From an uncultured Rhodobacterales bacterium (GTDB taxonomy: Bacteria > Pseudomonadota > Alphaproteobacteria > Rhodobacterales > Rhodobacteraceae): a stretch of DNA of 64,000 bases. A program made the translations under genes and the position numbers. Numbering within the stretch: position 1 is the stretch's first letter; each line of letters begins with the position of its first letter. This document shows positions 22,241 through 29,969 of this stretch, piece by piece. Where the stretch lies: assembly GCA_965368915.1 (NCBI GenBank), contig CBDUOT010000001.1:672-64671 (forward strand), written 5' to 3'. The notes below the pieces were generated by a model, which was not told the origin of the DNA, made no database searches, and saw nothing but the letters and a program-made list of their open reading frames with translations.

Positions 22241-23177
22241 GAATCTGTCGAAGACCTTTTCCCGGGGGCGAACGCTTCTCGGTCCGGAAAAGCCCGGCGT
22301 CCGCGCGGTCCGACCCGTGTCATTCGCGGTCTCGACTGGCGAAACGCTGGGCGTCGTAGGGGAATCCGGTTGTGGAAAGTCCACCTTCGCCCGGATGCTC
22401 GTCGGGCTTCTGCCACCGACAACCGGCCGGATAGAGATCGAGGGCAAGGCGCTCGACAACGCCGACCCCGCCGCGTTCGGCCGCATGATTCAATACGTCT
22501 TTCAGGATCCGATCAGCAGCCTCAACCCGCGCAAGACGGTCCGCCAGATAATGGAAGCGCCGCTGAAGCGCCTGCACAAAATGGACAAGGCCCAGCGCGG
22601 CACCCGCATCCGCGAGATCTTCGATGCCGTAAACCTGCGCGAAGAGTTCCTCGACCGGTACCCGCACGAATTCTCGGGTGGCCAGGCGCAGAGGATCGGT
22701 ATTGCGCGTGCATTGGCCGCCGACGCGCGCATCATTATTCTGGACGAGCCGGTCTCGGCGCTCGATGTCTCGGTTCAGGCTCAGGTGCTGAACCTGCTCG
22801 CTGATCTCAAGAACCGGTTCAATCTGACCTATCTGTTCATCAGTCACGATCTGGCCGTCGTCGAGGCCGTGAGTGACCGGGTTGTCGTCCTCTACTTCGG
22901 CTCGGTGGTGGAAATCGGCAGGGCCGAAAGGATTTTCAAGAGCCCGAAGCACCCCTATACAAAGCTCCTCGCCGACAGCGCGCCGGTGGTGGGCCGACCT
23001 CTCGCCGCACCCGAACAGAAGGACAGCGAGTTGCCCGACCCGCTCAACCCGCCGCCCGGATGCGCCTTCGCCGGACGCTGCCCACGAGCGACCGAGCATT
23101 GCAGGACAACCGAGCCACGACTTCAACAAATGGGAGATGACCAGCTTGCCGCCTGCCACTACCCGATCGAAGGATGA
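22221..23177 (+). CDS. ABC transporter ATP-binding protein (DppF/OppF-like)
   Basis: ATG 22221 gives MHALRVENLSKTF. Walker A GESGCGKST, signature FSGGQAQRIGIARAL, Walker B IIILDEPVSALD, and an oligopeptide-type C-terminal extension. It overlaps the previous gene by 20 nt. Confidence 0.88.
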   Translation: MHALRVENLSKTFSRGRTLLGPEKPGVRAVRPVSFAVSTGETLGVVGESGCGKSTFARMLVGLLPPTTGRIEIEGKALDNADPAAFGRMIQYVFQDPISSLNPRKTVRQIMEAPLKRLHKMDKAQRGTRIREIFDAVNLREEFLDRYPHEFSGGQAQRIGIARALAADARIIILDEPVSALDVSVQAQVLNLLADLKNRFNLTYLFISHDLAVVEAVSDRVVVLYFGSVVEIGRAERIFKSPKHPYTKLLADSAPVVGRPLAAPEQKDSELPDPLNPPPGCAFAGRCPRATEHCRTTEPRLQQMGDDQLAACHYPIEG

Positions 23178-23910
23178 ATCGCGCTCGAGCCGCCCGGTTC
23201 AGGTCGCCGAAGCCATCAAGCGCTGGGTGGTCGAACACGGATTGCAGGCGGGTGACCGTTTGCCGAGCGAGCCGGAACTGATCACACGTTTCGGTATGTC
23301 CAAGGGCACGATTCGCGAGGCGATGCGGCTTCTGGAGGCGCAGGGTTTGATCACCACGCGGACGGGACCGCGCGGCGGCAGTTTCGTCCATGAAGTGTCC
23401 AAGGAGCGCGCCCGCGCACTTCTGGGCAACTACTTCTACTTCAAGAACCTGACCATAGCCGACATCTACCAACTGCGCCGCATTCTCGAACCCGAGGTCG
23501 CCGCCTCTCTCGCCGGGCGCCTCAGTGATGCGGCGCTCGACGAACTCGAAACCAACATTGCTACCTATTCGGAACCTTCGCAGACACTCGAGGAGGAGCG
23601 CGACTACCATGTCCGTTCGCTTCGGTTCCATGGCTTGCTTGCCTCGCACTCGGAGAATGCGATGCTGGCCTTCCTGATCGATTTCATCGTCAGCATGCTC
23701 GCTGACCTCACGGTCTATCGCAGACTGTACTCGCCCCCGAATGTGGAACTTTGGGAACGCGGGCGCGACCACCAGGAGCGGCTCGTGCAGGCTCTGCGCG
23801 AAGGCGACGCGGATGCCGCCCGAACGATCATGCTGTCCCATATGCAGATCGCGCAGAAGCACATGGAAGGTCAGGAAGCCCAGATGCTGCGCGGGTTCAT
23901 CACCGAATGA
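23137..23910 (+). CDS. GntR-family transcriptional regulator, FadR/FCD subfamily
   Basis: Winged HTH LPSEPELITRFGMSKGTIREAMRLLEAQGLITTRTGPRGGSFV, followed by an all-helical FCD-like C-terminal domain. The start is uncertain (ATG 23137 or TTG 23146). The track ORF from 22873 overlaps the ATPase gene out of frame. Confidence 0.8.
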   Translation: MTSLPPATTRSKDESRSSRPVQVAEAIKRWVVEHGLQAGDRLPSEPELITRFGMSKGTIREAMRLLEAQGLITTRTGPRGGSFVHEVSKERARALLGNYFYFKNLTIADIYQLRRILEPEVAASLAGRLSDAALDELETNIATYSEPSQTLEEERDYHVRSLRFHGLLASHSENAMLAFLIDFIVSMLADLTVYRRLYSPPNVELWERGRDHQERLVQALREGDADAARTIMLSHMQIAQKHMEGQEAQMLRGFITE

Positions 23911-24151
23911 AGTCGGCGACGTATTGATCTGTCGGGGGGCACGATTCATTTCGCTCCCCGGCCCGGTTGAAGAAGTGGCTTCGCTTCTCGCCATGCGAGG
24001 TTCTCGGTTCACCAAACTCATCTAAATGGCTGCGGCGCATCTATCCGCGCCTCACAATTGACAGGTGAGAACCGGGTATCCACTATGACTGGATTGATCT
24101 CTCAACGGAAAAAGCGCGGCAATTTCGCGCCAGTACCAAGGTGAGGGGAAT

Positions 24152-24922
24152 ATGCGCGAACAACGACGCTTTTGTTTAACGAGGATTTTGTTTTCGCTTC
24201 TGGTTGCACAGATCAGTTTCCCGGTTTCGGCTGCATTGGCGCAGTCCACTACAGATGCGGACATGGAAACCGCATTGAAACTTGCCTCTCTGCTGCGTTC
24301 GGCCCGGACTGTCATCGCGTCGAACCAGGACCTGATCAACGATCCGGCCGGCGGCGACAAGCGGCTGACCGGCGACCGTGTTCTCGCGGAGGCGACTGAA
24401 TCCTATTTGGCGGCGAACGGAACGAAACCACTTCATGATGGTCAGGATGAGCGCGAAGCGCGGCTTATCTCTGCACAGATGGCCGCGATAAGCGAAGTGA
24501 TGGCCGCCAACCAGGCGACAATCAACCAAGATGGAGTGGGCTTCAAAGGCTTTGTACCCGCGGTTTTCGGGCGGCTCGTGAACGAACGTTTTGCCGGACT
24601 TGTCGGAGATGAGGCGGTGATCAAGGTCACAGCGCCACCAGAACTGGTCCGCAACCGCAAGGCCCGCCCTGACGAATGGGAAACCGGGGTAATCCGTGCC
24701 GATCTTTCCGCGCCTGACTGGCCCGAGGGCCAGGTTTTCGCGGCCGAAGCAGAACTGAACGGACGGCCCGCCTACCGAATTCTGGTCCCGGAATATTACA
24801 GCGAAGGATGCCTTGCCTGCCACGGCGAACCGGCAGGCGAGATCGACGTCACGGGCTACCCGAAGGAAGGCGGTCGGCTTGGCGATCTCGGCGGGGTCAT
24901 CAGCATAAGCTTGTTTCGCTGA
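24152..24922 (+). CDS. Secreted DUF3365-like protein with a single c-type heme-binding motif (Tll0287-like putative sensor)
   Basis: 256 aa. Signal peptide ...LLVAQISFPVSAALAQ. A single CxxCH motif CLACH is encoded at 24809-24823, near the C-terminus, as in DUF3365 heme-c PAS-like proteins. A GAGGGG Shine-Dalgarno precedes the ATG. Confidence 0.65.
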   Translation: MREQRRFCLTRILFSLLVAQISFPVSAALAQSTTDADMETALKLASLLRSARTVIASNQDLINDPAGGDKRLTGDRVLAEATESYLAANGTKPLHDGQDEREARLISAQMAAISEVMAANQATINQDGVGFKGFVPAVFGRLVNERFAGLVGDEAVIKVTAPPELVRNRKARPDEWETGVIRADLSAPDWPEGQVFAAEAELNGRPAYRILVPEYYSEGCLACHGEPAGEIDVTGYPKEGGRLGDLGGVISISLFR

Positions 24923-24987
24923 GATGGTCGCCACGGGCGACATATTCGCAGTGTATGTGAGCGTCGCGCCGCAGCCGGGGAAAACGA

Positions 24988-27900
24988 ATGGCTAGGATCT
25001 CGATCCTCGCGCGGCTCGTCTTCCTTTCCGCAGTGCTACTCGCGTTCCTCATCGCGACCAATGCGCTTTTGTCATCGCGACTTTCGCGTAATGCCGAGGC
25101 GATTTCCGAAGGTGCCTCTGCAATCGGGGTTCTTACGCACGCCCACGCCGCGAGCACCCATTTCGGGGAACTGAAGTATTGGCTGTCGGATCTGTCCGTC
25201 AGCCTCCTCATGCGCTCCGAGCAGAACGCGCTGACCGCGCGCGAGGCACTGGAGGCCGAACTCGCCGTTCTTGAGCCAGTCGCATCCGATCATGTCGCGG
25301 TGATCCGTACCGAGATCGACGGGCTGCTGGAACAATCCTTCCTTGCTGTCGATGCCTATACCGAGGATCAGCGGGTCCTCGGCAATTCGCTGGTCGCGAA
25401 GGGACAGCAGCATATTCGTCGTGTCGATGCCGAGCTTGGCGAACTGGTGGCCGAGCTGGAGGCCGCAGCAGTCGCCAAGAGCAATGCCGCCCATTCAGAA
25501 GCGGCCCAAGCGGTCAGGCTTTCAACCGGCATCGTCATCGCGGCAGGGCTTGTCGGGCTTTTGCTGACGCTGTTGGTCGTCGGTTCCATCACTTCGCCTC
25601 TCAGACGGCTCTTGGCCGCGATGAAAGAGATCACCGGGGGCAACCTTGCGGCCGAATTGCCAAAGCCCGGCCATGACGAGATCGGCGCGATGACCCGGAC
25701 GCTCGGCCTCTTCCGTGACAGTCTTGCCGAACGCGAACGCCTGGCGGCGGCCCGCGAAGAAGCGGACCGCGAGATCAAGCGGCTTCAGGTGCAACTGACC
25801 GAGGCGATCGAGGCGATCAGCGAGGGCTTCGCGCTCTTTGATGCCGAGGACCGGCTGGTCATCTGCAATGAACGTTACAAGCAAATGTATGCCAAGATCG
25901 GCTTTGACATTCGCCCCGGATGCACCTTCACCGAAATTTCCGAGCACGTGGCAAATTCAGGAATCATAGATGGTGCCACCGCAGGATGGGCCGAGAACCG
26001 CATCCGTCAGCACCGCAATCCCGAAGGTCCGTTCGAGCAGAAGCGCAGCAACGGCACCTGGATGAAAATCAGCGAACAGCCCACCGAAGCCGGCGGAATC
26101 GTTGGCGTCTTCACCGATATCACCGAGATGAAGGAGCGTGAGGCAAAGCTGCAGGAACTGGTCGACAGCCTCGCCGAAGCGCGAGATGTGGCGCTGAAGG
26201 CCACGACCGCGAAAAGCCAGTTCCTCGCCAATATGAGCCATGAGATCCGCACGCCGATGAACGGGGTCATCGGGATGAGCAACCTTCTCATGGACACCGA
26301 CCTTTCGCCCGAGCAGATGGACTTCGCCCGCACGATCAACGAAAGCGCCGAAAGCCTGCTGACGGTCATCAACGACATCCTCGACTATTCCAAGGTTGAG
26401 GCAGGCAAGCTGGAACTCGAGCGCGTGGCCTTCAATCTGCGCGATTGCGTCGAGGGTGCGCTGGATCTCGTCGCGATGGCAGCGGCGCGAAAGGGGCTGG
26501 ATCTGGCCTACTACATCGAGCCGGGCGTGCCTGAGACCATCGTCTCGGACGTCACAAGGCTTCGGCAGGTGCTCCTGAACCTCATCAACAACGCGATCAA
26601 GTTCACCGAGAAGGGCGAGGTCGTACTAACCGTCGCGCCCGGGTCGGATGACGTTCCCAAGGGCGAATGCGAACTGCTCTTCGCAGTGCGCGATACCGGA
26701 ATCGGCATTCCCGCCGACCGCAAGGACCGCCTTTTCCAGTCTTTCAGCCAGGTCGATGCGACCACGACGCGGCGATACGGTGGCACAGGCCTCGGCCTCG
26801 CAATCAGTCAACGGCTGGTGAATCTCATGGGCGGACGGATCTGGGTCGAGAGCGAACCCGGCGAGGGTACGACCTTCCGTTTCACGCTCACTGCACCCAA
26901 GGGCGAAACGATCGGAACGGTGAACCTGAACGAAGCGCGACCCGACCTTGAAGGCAAGCGGGTGCTCATCGTCGACGACAATCAGACGAACCGGGTGCTG
27001 TTGACGCGCCAGACCACAAGCTGGGCGATGGAGCCGGTCGCCGTCGAGGTGCCAGAAGAAGCGCTCCGGATGGTGGCCGGGGGCGAGAGGTTCGACGTTG
27101 CGATCCTCGACATGCATATGCCCGGATTGGACGGTGTGGATCTCGCTCAGAAGCTGCGGGGGACCGCGGCAGGGAAGGGCATGCCACTGATCCTCCTGTC
27201 CTCGCTCGGCCAGTCGAACGACCATAGTCCCGGCGAACTTGCCAAGGCGGATTTCGCCGAAGTTCTCGCCAAGCCGGTCAAGCCCTCGCCCCTTCTGAAC
27301 ACGCTCGTCAGTCTCTTCGCAGGCAAGCCAATCCGGGTCATCGACCGGGCGCAACGCAAGAAGCCGACCTTCGACGAGACCTTGGCGGAGCGATTGCCTC
27401 TGCGCATCCTTCTTGCCGACGACCATGTGACGAACCAGAAACTCGGGCGGATGATCCTTAAGCGGCTCGGATACCAATCCGACGTCGCGGGCAATGGCCG
27501 CGAAGTGGTCGAGGCGGTGGCGCGTCAGCCCTACGACGTCGTCCTGATGGATATCGAGATGCCGGAAATGGACGGCATGGAAGCCACGCGCCGGATCATC
27601 GCCGATCATCCCGAGCAAACGCGCCCAAGGATCATCGCGGTCACCGCGAACGCCATGGACGGGGACCGCGAACGGTTTATCGAAGCGGGTATGTGCGACT
27701 ACGTCAGCAAGCCAATTCGCGTCGATGCGCTGGTCAAGGCACTGCAAGCCTGCTCCGACGCGAAAATGAAGGAGACCGAAAAGATGTCCGACGCAACGCG
27801 CGCAACCTTTGATCCCGCGGCTCTCGACACGCTTCTCGACACAATCGGCGGCGACCGGGAAGCCTTGGGCGAACTGATCGAGAGTTTTCTTGAGGAAGGC

Positions 27901-28146
27901 CCGGATCTGATCGCCAAAATCGAAGATGCAGTGCGCAACGGCGATGCAGAGGGCTTGCGTCAGGCCGCACATACAATGAAGTCGAGCGCCGCCGATTTCG
28001 GCGCGCTTGAGCTATCGCATCTGTGCCGCGAGATCGAAGCGAAGGGGCGCGAGGGCGACGTCATCGGCGCGGCAGCGTTGTCCGAGAGCGCGGCCGTGTC
28101 GTTCGGCGCAGCGCGAGAGGAGCTGCAGAAAATGCAGATGCGCTGA
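24988..28146 (+). CDS. Hybrid sensor histidine kinase / response regulator (TM - periplasmic helical domain - TM - HAMP - PAS - HisKA - HATPase_c - REC - REC - Hpt)
   Basis: 1052 aa. Two TM segments flank a ~170-aa helical periplasmic region. HAMP: PLRRLLAAMKEITGGNL...DEIGAMTRTLGLF. PAS: ISEGFALFDAEDRLVICNERY. H-box: SHEIRTPMNGVIGMS. G-boxes: DTGIGIP and GGTGLGLAI. The two receiver domains have acceptor contexts VAILDMHMPGLDG and VVLMDIEMPEMDG. C-terminal Hpt: AAHTMKSSAADFGA. Confidence 0.9.
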   Translation: MARISILARLVFLSAVLLAFLIATNALLSSRLSRNAEAISEGASAIGVLTHAHAASTHFGELKYWLSDLSVSLLMRSEQNALTAREALEAELAVLEPVASDHVAVIRTEIDGLLEQSFLAVDAYTEDQRVLGNSLVAKGQQHIRRVDAELGELVAELEAAAVAKSNAAHSEAAQAVRLSTGIVIAAGLVGLLLTLLVVGSITSPLRRLLAAMKEITGGNLAAELPKPGHDEIGAMTRTLGLFRDSLAERERLAAAREEADREIKRLQVQLTEAIEAISEGFALFDAEDRLVICNERYKQMYAKIGFDIRPGCTFTEISEHVANSGIIDGATAGWAENRIRQHRNPEGPFEQKRSNGTWMKISEQPTEAGGIVGVFTDITEMKEREAKLQELVDSLAEARDVALKATTAKSQFLANMSHEIRTPMNGVIGMSNLLMDTDLSPEQMDFARTINESAESLLTVINDILDYSKVEAGKLELERVAFNLRDCVEGALDLVAMAAARKGLDLAYYIEPGVPETIVSDVTRLRQVLLNLINNAIKFTEKGEVVLTVAPGSDDVPKGECELLFAVRDTGIGIPADRKDRLFQSFSQVDATTTRRYGGTGLGLAISQRLVNLMGGRIWVESEPGEGTTFRFTLTAPKGETIGTVNLNEARPDLEGKRVLIVDDNQTNRVLLTRQTTSWAMEPVAVEVPEEALRMVAGGERFDVAILDMHMPGLDGVDLAQKLRGTAAGKGMPLILLSSLGQSNDHSPGELAKADFAEVLAKPVKPSPLLNTLVSLFAGKPIRVIDRAQRKKPTFDETLAERLPLRILLADDHVTNQKLGRMILKRLGYQSDVAGNGREVVEAVARQPYDVVLMDIEMPEMDGMEATRRIIADHPEQTRPRIIAVTANAMDGDRERFIEAGMCDYVSKPIRVDALVKALQACSDAKMKETEKMSDATRATFDPAALDTLLDTIGGDREALGELIESFLEEGPDLIAKIEDAVRNGDAEGLRQAAHTMKSSAADFGALELSHLCREIEAKGREGDVIGAAALSESAAVSFGAAREELQKMQMR

Positions 28147-28168
28147 AATCAATAAACCGGGGGGGACT

Positions 28169-29719
28169 ATGGCTGAGGCTCAGGGACGTGTGCTTGTGGT
28201 CGACGATCACAAGACAAATCGTATGAAGCTTGCGCTGGCGGTACAAAACCTCGGCCACGGGGTGGAAACCGTGGCGAGCGGGCAGGAATGCCTCGACGCG
28301 CTCAGACGGGACCGGTTCGACGTCGTGCTGCTCGACATCGTCATGCCCGAGATGAACGGCTTTCAGGTTCTTGCCGCGATCAAGGCCGACCCCGCCCTGC
28401 GCGACATCCCCGTAATTGTCATTTCCGCGCTCGAGGATACCGAAGATGCGGTCCGTGCAATCGAACTCGGGGCCGACGACTTCCTGACCAAGGCGTTCAA
28501 CCCGGTTCTGCTGAAGGCGCGCCTTGGCGCAGGGCTCGAACGCAAGCGGTACCGCGACAAGGAACTCGAGTACCTCCACCAGGTTGACCGGCTCGCCGCC
28601 GCCTCAGGAGTCGTTGAAGGCAAGGACTTCGATCCGGCAAGGCTCGGCCTCGACGATATTGCTCGACGAGACGACCAACTCGGCAACCTCGCGCGGGTCT
28701 TCCTGCAGATGGCTGGCGAGGTTTATCGCCGCGAACAGATCCTCCGGCAGCAGATCAGTCTGCTGAAAGGCGGGTTTCTGCTTCTGGTGCTTGGCGCCGC
28801 ATGGGGCCTGGTCCCATCCCTGTCGCGTATCATCATGCTGGACGGGCTGAAGCCCCTCGGCGTGGCGTTCTGGACGATCAGCCTAAGCGCGGTTCTGATG
28901 ATGATGGCGTCCCTCCTGACCGGGCGTTACCCGCACGCGACTGGGCCAGCGATCCGAAGCTACTTGATCCTTGGCCTCATCGGCTGCGTGCTTCCGCAAC
29001 TCTTCCTGTTCTGGGCTGCGGGGAACGTTCCAGCAATGATCATCGCCATCGTGCTCGCCGCCGAAAGTTTCATCGTCTTCATCATCGCCGCCTCGATGGG
29101 GCTTGAGGCACCAAGCCTGAAACGCTTCCTCGGCCTCAGTCTAGGTCTTGCCTGCGTTGCGCTCATCATGGTGCCAGGCAGCGATAATTCGGGAGTAGCC
29201 AGCTGGTTCTGGATACTGGTCACGCTGGCCGTGCCCTTCTGCTACGCGCTGGAAGACATCGTCATAGCCGCCCTGCCCGAAACAGATGCAGACATCTTCG
29301 GCTCCGCCACCGGCATCACCATCGCTGCGGCGCTCACTCTCGCGCCGGTGACTTTCGCAACTGGCTCCTTCATCTCGCCGGCCGAGGCGATCGCGGGATT
29401 CGGCTGGGCCTTCCTCCTCATCGCCGCGCTCAGCGCTTTTTCGACCGTGCTCCTGATCTACGCGATCCGCACCACCGGCGCTGTGTTCGCAAGCCAGGCG
29501 GGCTATTCGATGACCGCGGGTGGCATCCTTTGGAGCGTCCTGCTCTTGAACGAGCAAATGACCCTATGGGTATGGGCGGCGCTCGCGTGCCTCGTTTCGG
29601 GACTCGCGCTGGTGATGCCCAAGCAGATAGATGGCGAGGCTGACGTGGACCAGCGCATGGCGAAAGCCCAGCCCACAGCCCCCAAGGGCGCGCCCGGTTC
29701 GACGGCTCCCGGCGAATGA
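28169..29719 (+). CDS. Response-regulator receiver domain fused to a DMT/EamA-type 10-TM permease
   Basis: ATG 28169 lies 22 nt after the kinase stop and gives 516 aa. Residues 7-120 form a complete REC domain (DD at 12-13, acceptor Asp56 in VVLLDIVMPEMNG, conserved S/T and K in FLTKAF). A helical linker follows with a HAMP-like segment DDQLGNLARVFLQMAGEV. Then come ~300 aa of repeated hydrophobic helices with the two-repeat EamA pattern. The track ORF from 28007 is an out-of-context extension overlapping the kinase gene. Confidence 0.8.
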   Translation: MAEAQGRVLVVDDHKTNRMKLALAVQNLGHGVETVASGQECLDALRRDRFDVVLLDIVMPEMNGFQVLAAIKADPALRDIPVIVISALEDTEDAVRAIELGADDFLTKAFNPVLLKARLGAGLERKRYRDKELEYLHQVDRLAAASGVVEGKDFDPARLGLDDIARRDDQLGNLARVFLQMAGEVYRREQILRQQISLLKGGFLLLVLGAAWGLVPSLSRIIMLDGLKPLGVAFWTISLSAVLMMMASLLTGRYPHATGPAIRSYLILGLIGCVLPQLFLFWAAGNVPAMIIAIVLAAESFIVFIIAASMGLEAPSLKRFLGLSLGLACVALIMVPGSDNSGVASWFWILVTLAVPFCYALEDIVIAALPETDADIFGSATGITIAAALTLAPVTFATGSFISPAEAIAGFGWAFLLIAALSAFSTVLLIYAIRTTGAVFASQAGYSMTAGGILWSVLLLNEQMTLWVWAALACLVSGLALVMPKQIDGEADVDQRMAKAQPTAPKGAPGSTAPGE

Positions 29720-29828
29720 GGACGACGCTCCGACTGGCTGCCTCCGCCGCTGATATTATCTAGCTGCATACTGGTAAGCGCAGCGCCTCGGTAGAGCGGC
29801 GCGCCGTATGAGGACGCCCGAAAGGTTG

Positions 29829-29845
29829 TGCCCAACGATTGGGCA
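29829..29845. promoter_or_regulatory. Palindrome TGCCCAA-CGA-TTGGGCA upstream of the fructosidase/sucrose-type operon
   Basis: Perfect 7-bp arms around a central CGA, about 125 bp upstream of the first gene. It resembles LacI-type operators with a central CG. No cognate regulator is visible nearby. Confidence 0.3.
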
Positions 29846-29922
29846 GATTGCATGACGGACGATGCAGATCCTTTCGACGCGTCATTGCGACAAGCGATCT
29901 GTGGATGGAGCGCCAACGACCC

Positions 29923-29940
29923 ATGCAATCAAAATTGCAT
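29923..29940. promoter_or_regulatory. Palindrome ATGCAAT-CAAA-ATTGCAT upstream of the fructosidase/sucrose-type operon
   Basis: Perfect 7-bp inverted arms, 30 bp upstream of ATG 29970. Confidence 0.3.
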
Positions 29941-29969
29941 TCGCCCGGAAACCGGGACATGCTTGCGTC

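Noticed and set aside
21383-23159. Minus-strand ORFs of 367 aa and 279 aa (21383-22486 and 22320-23159)
   Set aside because: They are antisense to the two ABC ATPase coding regions, which carry Walker A, Walker B and signature motifs.
26626-27972. 448-aa minus-strand ORF
   Set aside because: It is antisense to the well-supported hybrid histidine kinase gene. It has no motifs and an Arg/Asp/His-rich composition.
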